From assembly GCA_951406725.2 (NCBI GenBank), contig OX597827.1, forward strand, positions 80,724,001 through 80,788,000: a DNA stretch of 64,000 bases, in the 5' to 3' direction. The stretch is from Octopus vulgaris. Its lineage: Eukaryota. Position numbers and translations under genes: made by a program. This document shows positions 50,957 through 64,000 of the stretch, piece after piece. Each line of letters opens with the position of its first letter. The stretch's first letter is position 1. The notes under the pieces are model-generated. The model ran no database searches. It was not told the DNA's origin and saw only the letters and a list, made by a program, of their open reading frames with translations.

Positions 50957-51791
50957 AGCTGATATGGAAGGGAATATGGCGACTGATTTCTATTGTCAGA
51001 GGTGGATTGGCACAACTGGTCAGTGGCTGCTGTGAAAAAGGTGGTGGAATGAAAAAGGGGCCAGGGACCAGGGGATTAGTTTAGGAGTTATGTCCCTTGG
51101 TTGGGTATGCTGTGAAGCCGGTAAGAGTTATCTCGAAGTGGGGAAAGTGTATATTATTAATGTGGTGCTCCTGTGGGGATGGGGTGTGTGGTATGTGTAA
51201 TCTACCTTGAGATTATCTTTTAGCTGTGCACCTAGTGTAAAAAAGATTGTGAGCCAAATGCCCGAACCACTAAGCCATGCGCCTTCACAAACAGTTGCAT
51301 AAGCAAGGCCAGTGGAAGTTGGGGCACGGGGTTTTTGTCAGAGTGTCCATGTGCCAAGTACTGAGTCAGCTTGGAATGGAGGGTTGTAAAAGAAAAGTGA
51401 CAATGAAACAACTCCCAGAGACAGCTGAGAAGAACTGAATGTGGTGAAAAGGAAGGATGAATAAGTCACTAAACACAGGCTGTTTCATAACATCAAATAA
51501 AAGTTAAGCTTACCATAATATTTCTCCTATCATCGATTTCCATGGACTGTGAATTTGCCAGACTGCAGCCCTCTCAACTTTACCAAACTTCATCAACATC
51601 TTGACCATTTTTGACCAAAACATCCTGATAGCACAAAAAAGCACACATGGCTACAATCAACCTGTTTCACCTTTTTCTCTGAAATGAGGAATTTTTCTGC
51701 AGAGGAAACTGTAGTGAAAAGGTTTTGTTCAATATTCAATATCTCTCAAGCATATTTGAGCTGGTCTTAAATTTATATACATGTATATACA

Positions 51792-51990
51792 CCCATCCAT
51801 CCATCCATCCATTCATCCATCCAACCAGCTAGCTGGCCATCCATCCATCCATCCATCCATCCAACCATCCATCCATCCATCCAACCATCCATCCAACTAT
51901 CCATCCATCCATCCATCCATCCATCCATCCATCCATCCATCCATCCAATCCATCCATCCATCCATCCATCCATCCATCCAGCCAGCCAGC
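51792..51990. repeat. (CCAT)n microsatellite
   Basis: Directly visible. Confidence 0.95.
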
Positions 51991-52002
51991 CAGTCATGCA
52001 TG

Positions 52003-52218
52003 CAAGGGGCTTCTGATTAGTTCCTGGCTTTGGATAAAAGAAAATCCAGGAGGATCAGTTAATTATGGTTTTATCCAACATATTCCCCTCACAGATTCAC
52101 ACACCTGTTGCAGTGATTCTTCAGTTGTTCCAAGCCCTGTAAAAGAACTTGGATGGTTGCACCTCTAACCAGGCCCTTTGCAATACCCTTAAAGCCAGGA
52201 ACCTGTCAGCTTCCCCTT
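52003..52218. mobile_element. Mariner-type MITE
   Basis: TIRs aagggg..ctga..agttcctggcttt / aaagccaggaac..tcagc..cccctt. Confidence 0.7.
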
Positions 52219-52219
52219 G

Positions 52220-54510
52220 TATATACATGGTGTTGAATACAGACACATTGGCATAAAGGACTATTCATTTCTCTGGATAATGAATACGCTTCCCTATAAT
52301 TTTTGCCATTAATACAAGCCTGGTAAAAGAAATGGTTATCTTCTTTGAGTAAATGTAAAGAAAAAAACCTTGTTTTGAAAAGGTTGTGGCAGTAATCGAA
52401 CAGTGAAATACAAAGCAAGTGGAAAACAGCAATACGTATACCATGGAGACAAAAGAACCTGGAATCAGCTTCTGTAGATTGAGGAAAATTCCAATGGACT
52501 TTTGAACTGAACCAAGACCTATACTAGTTCTACAGAAAGGCTAAGGAGGAACCCTTGATAGGCTTCGTGAAGAGACTTAAAGAATATTGGGATAAGAAAT
52601 ACAGAAAAATTTCTCAAATTACAACAGCAAATGGAAAGAAATATGCCACCTTACCAAGCCAAACCACTCAGCCAAAATGTACAAATGATTATATTCATAT
52701 TGACAATACGGTAAAATTCTTTCTGTGAAGAGATTGTGAATGGTGAGAGACACAACCGAGATGAACACAGAAATAACAAACTACCACCAACACCACCACC
52801 ACCTGGACATGGGGGAAAACCACTTATAATTTCATGAAAACAAGCGAGGAATATGAAATACTAAAATCACAAACTTCACTAGTTATATACATGAGGTACT
52901 TTTTGAAAGAATATTACCAACATGAGTTGGGCAAATCTCCACTGAATTAATGTTATCCATGATCAATGCTGCAAGAGAACAACTGACTCAAATCCAAACC
53001 CCCAGCTTTTGGACAATAAATGTCCTGTTTTATTGTGCACCAACAGATGGGAGTAAAAGAAACCAATCCAAAAGGATAAAACTGAGCCAAAATGGATTTC
53101 CTCCCTCCAAAATAACATCAATGAAAACAGGAAAAAACAGGAGTGTTGCACAGTGTCAGCAAATGCTAAACTAGAAATGAATTCATTGGCAAAGTTGAGA
53201 GAACTACTTTTGTTGGTAACAAATGGCCTCTCCCCCAGAGTGGAAAGCAGATTGTATGATGCCAGTGTACAGGTAACTATGCCATGTGGCAGTGAAACAT
53301 GGGCTGTGCTTGCAGGGAACATGTGAAGGCTTGAAAGAAATGAAGTCAGGATGCTCCACTGAATGTGCAATATGTCAGGGTACATGCACAACAGGGTGCA
53401 AGTGCATTGAGAGAAAAGTTGGACATAAGAGACATCAGATGTGGTGTGCAAGAGAGAAGACTTCGTTGGTGTGGTCAGGGTATGGACAGGGACAGCTGCA
53501 TAACGAAGTGCCGATCACTAACTGTGAAGTGAACTGAGAGACCCAGGAGGACATCAGAGGAAGTGGTGAATATGATCTTTGGCTTTTGAGCTTCACAGAG
53601 GTGGTAACAAGTGAGAAGCCATATCAAGCCAAGTGAAATTGTGGTCCTGTCCAGTGCCAGTGACATGTGAAGGACATCCATGCTGGTGACACGTTAATGA
53701 CACCCAGTACCCTCTGTAGGGTGGTTGGCATTAGGAAGGGCATCCAGCCATAGAAACCATGCCAAATCAGATTATGGAACCTGGTGCAGCTCTCTGGCTT
53801 ACCAGTTCCAGTGAAACCATCTAACCCATGCCAGCATGGAAAATGGACGTTAAATGGTGATGATGATGATGATGATGAATCAACAGCTATGAATTCATGA
53901 TAGATTCTCCTAATTGTATGGGAACTGCGGCTGAGAGTCCCTCCCAACAAATTGACCATCCTCAAACTCAACCTACGAGTGGTAAGTGAAAAACTTCATT
54001 ACTGTGAAGAAAGCCACCTGAATGAAAAATGATAAAGCACAAGTTGGCTCAAACACCACAAGCTGTACATTGCAGTATGAAAGGTGATGCGGTCAAGGTG
54101 GGTAAACGGTCTTCCCCAGGAAGATCCAGAATGATATCTGGTGGCAAATCTGGGACGTAAAGAAAGAATGCAACCATAATGGAGCAAGGTTAAATGAATT
54201 ACAAAGTGAATATTGTATGAATCCCTCTCCCCAAATATATAACATTACGGGAGAGAGAGATGCTGTTGACAGTTATTATGAAACTGCTGAACGGAAAACC
54301 ACTTGGGAGAAACCTGATAATAGGCTGCTCATACAAATAGCTCAATGTTCTACAGGGAAATTCTTATGGTCCTTTTTCGCTGAGCTAGACATACCAGATT
54401 GGCTGACTGTTGTCTAGACTACTGTTATTCCCAAGAACAAAGAGGCATATGTGTCTAAAAACTACAGGTCCACTAGCATGCTTGAATGTTATGTACAAAC
54501 TGTACAGATG
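52220..54510 (+). mobile_element. Decayed R4/Dong-like (RLE) LINE fragment interrupted by an RTE 3' end
   Basis: IPDWLT..TTVIPKNK...NYR..ACLNVMYKLY near 54390-54505 is typical of R4-clade RT. The left part is assigned by continuity only. Confidence 0.5.
53170..53878 (+). mobile_element. 5'-truncated RTE LINE: ORF C-terminus, 3' UTR and (GAT)n tail
   Basis: GLSPRVESRLYDASVQ..MPCGSETWAV and RLERNE.RML remnants run directly into the common (GAT)n-tailed repeat. Confidence 0.8.
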
Positions 54511-55856
54511 TGAGTGCAGAATCAAAAGTCCAGGGAAAAGTGAACATTTAAGGTAAATTGATGTGGAACTTGGAACTTACAGCTCTTGTACCTTGACTAT
54601 AAATTCTCCTTTGTACTTATCCTCATAGGTGCATAAAACTATTTACTTAGAAATTTACACAAAAACCTAGAAATACTAGGTTTTTGAAGAAAGAGCAAAA
54701 TAAACTGATGTGGATTCTCAAAATCCAATCGATTAGTGGCACAGTGAAGATTTGCGAGACATTCAAAAGATTCTCCATGTGAGATTCTTTAGATGAAACG
54801 ATGCACAGATTTGGGTAAATGCATTGACAGGTCAACCAACACCTTCACTCAACCTCATATTTATAAACACCAGGAGCTTTCTGAACTCAGAAAGTCTAAT
54901 TGCTTTGTTAGTGACCAGCTTGAACTCCCGTCAGAAAAACTTAGATAAAACTAAAAAAAACAACATACATACACACACATACATACATATATACACACGC
55001 ATACATACATACACACACATACATACATACATACATACACATGCATACATACACACGCATACATACATATACACTCACACACACATACATACACACTCAC
55101 ACACATACGTACATGCATACACACATACATACATACATACATACACATGCATACATACACACGCATACATACATATACACTCACACACACATACATACAC
55201 ACTCACACACATACGTACATGCATACACACATACATGTACACACACACACATATACACATAGATACACATGCACGCATACATACAGACACACATACATAC
55301 ATACATATGTACATACAGAGATACATACATGACTACATTCATGTGTGTGTGTGTGTGTGTATGTATACATGTATATTTATGTATGCTCCCCCTAACCACC
55401 CTCAATACCATGGCCACCACTACGATGTCATCCCCCTCCGCACCCCACAACAACCTCATCCATATTCTTTACAACACTAATGTTTCAATCATTGAGTTTT
55501 GCTGCAAGATTCAGAGCTCCTCTGGCTTTTATGTGCAGACACTATACACCACCACCACCCACCACCACCACCCACCACCACCACCCACCACCACCACAAT
55601 CACGACAACCACAACCACCACCACCAACACAAACACCAACACCAGCACGACCACCACCACCCACCACCACCACCACCACCAACACCAGTGCAGTACAGTA
55701 TATTGACTGCAACAGTTTTGGTGTACCAAAGGAATTTCTGAAGAACCAATGTCAACTGTCTTTGGTGAAGTTGTCATCATCACCATAATCACCCTCTTCC
55801 TCCTCCTCCTCCTCCTCCTCATCATCATCATAACCATAACCACCACCACCACCACC

Positions 55857-55888
<32 letters not shown>

Positions 55889-56443
55889 CAACAACACCAA
55901 CACCACCATGACCACCATCCTTACCTCCTCATCTTCATCATTGCCACCACCATCTTCATCTTCCTCTTCTTCATCATCATCATCATCATCATCGTTGTCG
56001 TCATCGCCGCTGCCGCCGCCGCCACCGCTGCTACCACCCTCCCCACCTCCGTCTCTGCCTTCCTAATGTGGTTGCAGCTATGGAACATTATGGTGTATTG
56101 AAGAGAAAGTGATGGTGAGGGGGGGAGGGGGGAGGGGAAGGAGATGAAAGGGAGATGAAAGGGGGACAGAATGGCAGGAGGCGGTGTGGGGTGGTGGTGG
56201 CGTAGTGGTATTATAGTGTAATGTAATTATATGGATGTGTGGTGGCGGGTGGGGGGAAGGGGTTGCTGCAATTAAACACACTTTGAAACATAAAGAAGCT
56301 TATAACACACACACACACACATGCACACACACACACACATGCTTGTATATCTATACCTGTCTGTAATTATACACACACATATATACATATATACACATAC
56401 ACACACATATGTGTATGTATATATGTATATATACATATATGTG

Positions 56444-56490
<47 letters not shown>

Positions 56491-57101
56491 GCATACATAC
56501 ATATGCATACATACATACATGTGTGTGTATATATATATACACACACATGCAAACATACATACATATACATATGTATATATATATGTATATGTATGTATGT
56601 GTGTGTGTCTGTATACATATACATTACACACACACACACATGCATATCTACACATGTATGTATGTATGTAAGTATATATACGTGTGCATATATACATAAA
56701 CGCCAAATCAACATGAACCTGATATTTAAGACATCCTCACATAAAAACATAATTACAAGGAATGTTCCGAACACCAACAGCATCAGCATCAGCAGCACTT
56801 GTAGTAGTAGCAGCAGTAGTAGTAGTAGTAGTAGTATCTGTGGTTGTGGTGGTTGTGGTTGTAGCGTTGTAGAGGAACTGCTAAACCCTCCCCCATGCAG
56901 CCATGCGCATCGTATTTACACACATTTCCGCACACCCCTCCACACACGCCGTCCTAAGGTCATACATAGAGATACAATGATAAGGTCACATACACACATG
57001 CAGTGATAAGGTCATACATATATACACGCACTCATAAAGATAATCATAAACTTTGGTTGTTATAGAAGATGCTATAAAACAGCATCATAAGCAGACACAC
57101 A

Positions 57102-57140
<39 letters not shown>

Positions 57141-57521
57141 TCCAATAAATATCACATAAAGTTATATGTGTGTGTGTGTGAGTATAAATATATAAATGCA
57201 TATATGTTTGCCTATGTATATATGTATATGTGTGTGTGTGTGTGTGAGAATTTGTAAGTCAATGTGTATGTATATGCATATGTACATATGTATATATATA
57301 TATGGTTTTTAGTTCTAAGATACATACGTTCATATATATATATATACACACACACACACATCATTTTTGTATATTTATGTCTATGTAATATGCACACATA
57401 AATATAAATGCATATATATATGTTTGTGTGTTTATGTATGTATATATATATGTGTGCATGTGTATCTATACATCTCTCTGTCTATGTATATATATTATGT
57501 GTGTATGTTTATTTATGTATT

Positions 57522-57562
<41 letters not shown>

Positions 57563-57760
57563 AAAGGACTGCAGTATCACATTGGAGTGCAATTGCAATT
57601 AAGTGAATGAAAATACTGAGTACGGTGAGATAAAATTAAATAATATTCAATCAAAAGCTGAGTCTATTTGAGTGATTATTGAGAGCTTATCATTGCTGAT
57701 CTCCAGGCAACTGAGTGTCAGGAATTACACACTTTGTGGAGATGCTTTGAGTAGGTACAC

Positions 57761-57800
<40 letters not shown>

Positions 57801-58384
57801 AGTGGTTGGCATTAGGAAGGGCATCGAGCTGTAGAAAAGTTACCAAATCATATTGGAGCCTGGTACAGCCTCCCAGCTGAGAAAGTGAACATTAAATGGC
57901 AATGACGATGATGGTGATGTTGATGATGTATATATATATATACATATACTACACTCACGGAGTGGTTGGTGTCAGGAAGGGCATCCAGCTGTAGAAACAC
58001 TGCTAGATCAGACTGGAGCTTGGTGCAGCCTCCTTGGCTTCCCAGATCCCGGTCGAACCGTCCAACCCATGCTAGCATGGAAAACGGACGTTAAACGATG
58101 ATGATGATGATATATATGTATGTATATGTATGTGTCCACCTACTTCCTTCCCTTTCTATATATACACATAGTAATTGTATATACATATATACACACACAC
58201 ATACATGCACACATTATACAAGTCTCTATAGAGTGCTCAAGGTAAAATATAGAGTCATATTTATGGGAAGTGTAAAACAGTGCTAACTGTTACTAATAGT
58301 TACCATGAGCTTCTTTTGGATTCTCAGAGCGATGTGATCTGTATGACTATCTAACTGGCTTAATATTGTAGAAAAAGAAACAAT

Positions 58385-58605
58385 ATGCAAATATGATGCT
58401 AATTATTCATGTTTTGATGCTAATTGTTTCCATGATACTGAAATTTTGATGTCAATTGCTTGTATAGAGCTAATTGTTTAATGCTAATTGCTCAAGTAGT
58501 GCTAATATTTCAATGCTAATTGCTCAAACGGGGCTAATATTTTCGGTGCTGATTATTCAGGAAGTGCTAAAGTTTTGATGCTAACTGCTCATGTGGTGCT
58601 AATGG
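58385..58605 (+). repeat. Degenerate ~20-bp tandem repeat (gatgctaattg core)
   Basis: About ten recurrences of tgctaa(t) at roughly 20-bp spacing. Confidence 0.7.
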
Positions 58606-58767
58606 CTATGCAGAACAGGAAGCAGTTTTTGTCCTGACAAACACATTAAAGGAAGGCAAAGCAGCATACAAGCATTGGTGACGGTTGATTGTTTTGTCTG
58701 TGCCAACAAAGGAATGTGGAGAAATAGGTATCTGAATTATAACACACACACACAGATATATACGCAT

Positions 58768-59592
58768 ACAAGGTGTAATGAGTAAATTGTCACCATTTTA
58801 TATTTTCAATTTTGTGTATGTGTATTGTTTGTTTTTGATTTTGTCAACTACACAGTATAGTAGAGTCAGTTGGGTACCGTCTGTGGGAAAAACATCACCA
58901 TGACACAATTCACTCTGCCAGAAATTTGGAAGTGACATGCTATACAGCTTGGCATTCACACCAGAAGCTCCATCACGAATATTTCAGAGTGTTTGGGTGT
59001 GAATCTGAGGACATGTACCAAGAGTGATAAAATCCAGCCAACATCATGGTGTTTGAAGTGATCACTAGTGATGGTGAGGTTATGCCTCCAATCATCTTCC
59101 CATGTGTCTTCAGACTCAACACAGAGGCCGACATCAAGTGCCTGGAGGAGGGAGTGCTGCCCTGGGTCAAGAGGATGGTTGCACCATGCTACACAAGCAG
59201 AAGAACCCAGTCATGGCTGTCAGACAATTTCTGCAACCACACCACCCCTAACATCTGGCCACCTAACTTCCCACACTGCAACCCCCTTAATTATTATGTG
59301 TGGGGCACAGTTGAGGGAGAGACCAAGTAAACTCCTTGTAACACCAAAGAAGAACTGAAGGCAAGGATTATGGCAGCATTCACCAACTTAAACAAGGAGA
59401 CCGTCCAGAAGAGTTGCAGGAGATTCCAAAGTCATCTGGAGGCCATGGTTGGAGCCAATGGCGATTTTATTGAATAAATTTACTCTTTAATATTTCAAGA
59501 TATTTTTATGTAATTTTGGTAAATATATCTGTTAAAATGAGATGTCAGTGTTATTTTCATTTTTGCGTAATTTGGACAACAACTTATTCACT
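58768..59592 (+). mobile_element. Internally deleted maT-like Tc1/mariner element
   Basis: MVF(G)VITSDGEVMPP..., WLSDNFCNHTTPNIWPPNFPHCNPLNYYVWG; homologous to 48460-49701. Confidence 0.8.
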
Positions 59593-59886
59593 CCACAGAC
59601 CCGTGTACCCGTAATGTAGTTCTTGGGAAGATTCAGCATGACACAGAGTGTGGCAAGGCTGGCCCTTTGAAATACAGGTACAACAGAAACAGGAAGAAAT
59701 AGTGAAAGAAAGTTGTGGTGAAAGAGTACAGCAGGGTTTGCTCACCCCCACCCCACCCATGCCGGAGCCTCATGGAGCTTTAGGTGTTTTTGCTTAATAA
59801 ACACTCACAATGCCCGATCTGGGAATTGAGACTGTGATCCTATGACCACGAGTGTGCTGCTCTAACCACTGGGCCATTGTGCCTCC
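59590..59886 (-). mobile_element. tRNA-headed SINE (family C here)
   Basis: Minus-strand head ggcacaatggcccagtggttagagc...ctcaattccc followed by a unique body. Confidence 0.6.
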
Positions 59887-60055
59887 ATGATAGATAGATA
59901 CATACATACATATTACATGCATACATACATACATAGATACATGCATACATACATACATACCTACTACATACATACATGCATACATACATACATACATACA
60001 TACATACATACATACTACATACATACATGCATACATACATACATACTACATACAG

Positions 60056-60300
60056 AGATCAATGAAAGAGACAATTTCTACGCTGAACTATTGAGGAAAC
60101 TGCAGCTACTCTATCCAGATTACAAGTTCAGGTTTATACCTGTAATTATTGGAGCACTGGGTAACACACTGCCTAATTGCCAATCTTGAGAAATTTGACT
60201 TCTCAAAACTAGAAAGGAGAAAGCTGATTCAAAGACTACAGATCCAATCCATCACTGGAACTGTAAAAATCTGTAAAACTTTCCAGAAGTTTATCATATA
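60056..60300 (+). mobile_element. RLE-domain C-terminus of an R4-like LINE (5'-truncated)
   Basis: YAELLRKLQLLYPDYKFRFIPVIIGALG...LIQRLQIQSITGTVKICKTFQKF; the P-hydrophobic-IGALG motif is typical of RLE LINE ends. Confidence 0.7.
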
Positions 60301-60382
60301 AGTATATATATATGTGCATGTCTAGATATGCAAGTATATGCATGAGAATACATACATAAAACAAAATCTACAAATCTACATG

Positions 60383-60415
<33 letters not shown>

Positions 60416-61759
60416 TGTGTCTATATATCCTTGTGAGCATTATTTCATATCTGTGGATTGGTTGAATTATTACAGCCTCAGAAGAAGGATGCCTTGTGGT
60501 GTTTCTTCACAGTTTTTACATTCTGAGTTCAAATCCCACAAAAGTCATTTTTGCTTTTCATTCTTTTGGGGTCAGTAAGGCGAAGTAGAAGTCAAACAGT
60601 TGGCAATCGATAGTAATGACTACCCCTTTCTGTCAAAATTGTCAGCTGGGTACCCAAACTAGAAATCATTATTTTGTTTGATTTCACATTCATTACATAA
60701 GCTGGAAAAATCTTCATTAATTATTGAAATTATCTCTGCCTGTTGGGGACATGCCACAGTTGCTAAATGAGGAATGAAAGGGGCTCCAAAGAGTCACACA
60801 GGTTTCCCAGTGCCTCCAACTTTTCAACCCAAAGTGGTGAATTGTTTTGGTTTTCTCATTGATATATTTAAACATTTTTTTTTCCAATTGTGTTCTCTGT
60901 TTTGTCCAAATTGCTGGTTTTGATTTTGTAAAATGGTAAATATTTGAAAGGCAAAAACAACAAAGATGATTTCTTTTTAAGCAGAAAGGGAAGAGAAGTT
61001 CAAGACTCAACAATTCTCTGAAGCTGACCAACCAAAGTGGAGAGGATTGGAATCAATCAAGAGTTTAGGTACTCAAGAAAGGGGGGAAAGACTTTATTCA
61101 TTTACTCAAAGCAAAAAGGATACTCTCTGTGGCTACTCCGAGTTTCAGAAATTGGATTCCTTACAAATCTTTACACATGGTCATGCAGACAAAACTACAC
61201 ATATCAGCAAATGAATAAGGATATACAGATGTGTGTATGTACAAAATACATATATATACTCGTATATGCAATAGATATATATGTGTATATATATATATAC
61301 ACACACATATACACACATATCCATACAAAATACAATGACTCTCACTACACCCACAGACTATATAATTATATATAAGATCCATAGCTTCTCAAGACCAATG
61401 GATGCCTACTACAACTATATTTATATATATATATGTCCATGTGTATATATATATATGCATACATATATATATGATATGCATATATATATAACACACATAC
61501 ACACACATATATATATATTTGTATACACACACACACACACTCACACACATATATACATACTTCCAGTATATACATACATATATAGATCTGTATTGATTTA
61601 ATCACATGTATGCACAATGAAGCAAATATCAATGAATCAACGTGTGTATATAGATACATAGATACATATGTGTATATAAGTACATATATACCCATATCTG
61701 TGTGTATATATGTTTGTGTGCTTGTGTGTGTGTCTGTATGTATATGCTCACATATATAT

Positions 61760-61834
<75 letters not shown>

Positions 61835-62025
61835 TAGATAGATAGATATACACACACATAGACACAAATATTCCCTACACATACACATGCATCTATGTAT
61901 TTAAACTTGTCATATGACTACATAGATTTAGTCATAATTACATATATATTCTTATATACACAATCTACATTCAGAGATGTAACTCATTTGCACACACATA
62001 CATGTACACATGTGTATATATACAT

Positions 62026-62075
<50 letters not shown>

Positions 62076-62189
62076 ATGCATATATGATAAACATGCATAT
62101 ATGTGTATGTATGTTTATATATATATATATATACTTACATATATGTGTGTGTATATATATATATATATAGGCGCATGTGTGTGTGTATA

Positions 62190-62255
<66 letters not shown>

Positions 62256-62578
62256 AGTTATATATACACACACACTTGTACATAGGCAGAGGAAAGCAAA
62301 TTTTGCAACCAGGATTCACTTAAAATCACAATCACACACACACACACACATACGTATACACAGGTCCATGCAGGCATACACCAGCATAAACACACATACA
62401 GAGATAGCCAAATACAAACATATACAGTTATGTACACACAAATACAAACACACACTTCCACCCATCCATAGACCATGCAAATTCAATAATTAGGAACAGT
62501 GTGTGTGTGTGTGTGTAGAAATATATATGTACTCTGTTATAGACACTGACCTACATACATACATACATGCATATATAT

Positions 62579-62625
<47 letters not shown>

Positions 62626-63202
62626 TATATATATAAAAATATATATATATATCTATTATGTGTGTGTGTGTATGTATGTTTACATATGTATATGTATATA
62701 TATATATGTGTGTGTATAAAGTGATATACACTCACACATGACTACACTCAACCTAGCCATGTCCGAATGCACATTATACACACTCACATGTGTACAAACA
62801 TATACACACACACATACACCCACACATTTATAGCCCTCCCTCCCCCCACCGACCCGTACACCCACCCATACAAACACATACAAAAACACATAAATAACAT
62901 TTGATATGCATTGACCTATAAGGGAAATCATAAACACACACACACACACGTGTGCATGTATTTATATCCGTATACTCTTACACATACATACACCCATATA
63001 TTCACACATGCACGCACACACACACACACACACATACAATTTCACACACACACATCGATTCTAGTAGCCAATGACCTATAAAATAGCCACACACTCACAC
63101 ACACACACACACTCGCATACACACACTCACACATGCAAATATACACATACATGCATATACATATACATACATGCATGAGTATAAAACTAAAACTATGCAG
63201 CA

Positions 63203-63237
<35 letters not shown>

Positions 63238-63756
63238 ATATACATACATACGCATACAGGCACACATATACACACAGATCTATTGGCTCATACATATATT
63301 TCTATAAACTTATACATAATCATACACACACACACATATAAATACTGAGCATATACATGCACATACACATGCATACGCATACACATACACACACACACAC
63401 ACATAGACATGTGTGCATATATGCGTATATACAAACACACGCGTACACACATGTACATATACGCAAACACAGATTCTAATAAACGATGACCTATAAAACA
63501 AACAAACACACGCACACACACACACACACAGAAATATACACGCACACACAGAAATATACACATACACATACATGTACACAGGGATGCAACATAAAATAAA
63601 TTCTATGCTGCAATATACAGACATTACCGACACCATCCACACACATACACACACACATATATATATATACATATACATACATACATATATATATACATAT
63701 ACATACATACATATATATACATATACATACATACATATATATATATATACATACAT

Positions 63757-63847
<91 letters not shown>

Positions 63848-64000
63848 AATGTGCATATATGTTTTATATATATTAATATATGTGTGTGTGGCTGGTTGGC
63901 TGGCTGTATTCATGTGTGTATATACGTATGTATGTATGTATGGCTGTGTGTGTGTTTATGTACACAGTCAGTGTCTTCTAAGCGTGATCATTAATCATGG

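Noticed and set aside
51520-51600. PWTVNLPDCSPL, resembling the mariner WPxNSPDL motif
   Set aside because: Too short and degenerate to delimit an element.
1-64000. Prokaryotic-type systems (operons, defence islands, rRNA)
   Set aside because: No evidence: the window has spliced gene structure, SINEs/LINEs and microsatellites throughout.

Overview
This is eukaryotic, AT-rich DNA saturated with microsatellites. Its SINE/LINE repertoire and overall composition look like an octopus (coleoid cephalopod) genome, which is an inference from repeat style. One clear host gene is present: a minus-strand, intron-containing C2H2 zinc-finger gene (coding exons 17000-16590, 14949-14664, 12636-11972; 453 aa; six canonical fingers plus one degenerate finger), probably with a non-coding first exon ending at 24735. 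A possible first coding exon of a second gene lies at 1280-1224. The rest is decayed mobile DNA: several tRNA-headed SINE families, RTE and R4-like LINE fragments, Penelope-like RT/GIY-YIG remnants, maT/Tc1-mariner relics, MITEs, minisatellites and long fold-back palindromes. Four observations stand out. (1) Hammerhead-ribozyme-like cores with palindromic stem III sit inside fold-back/Penelope-type repeats. (2) A compact H-type pseudoknot module is multimerised in the 3' UTR of an RTE LINE whose tail is the commonest dispersed repeat here. (3) The zinc-finger array is a near-uniform Q-x-x-H set predicted to read (NGA)n, which matches the purine repeats at the gene's own 5' end. (4) Inverted repeat pairs bracket ZF exon 3. 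Almost all long ORFs in the supplied track are microsatellite artefacts. Repeat boundaries were read by eye and are approximate.
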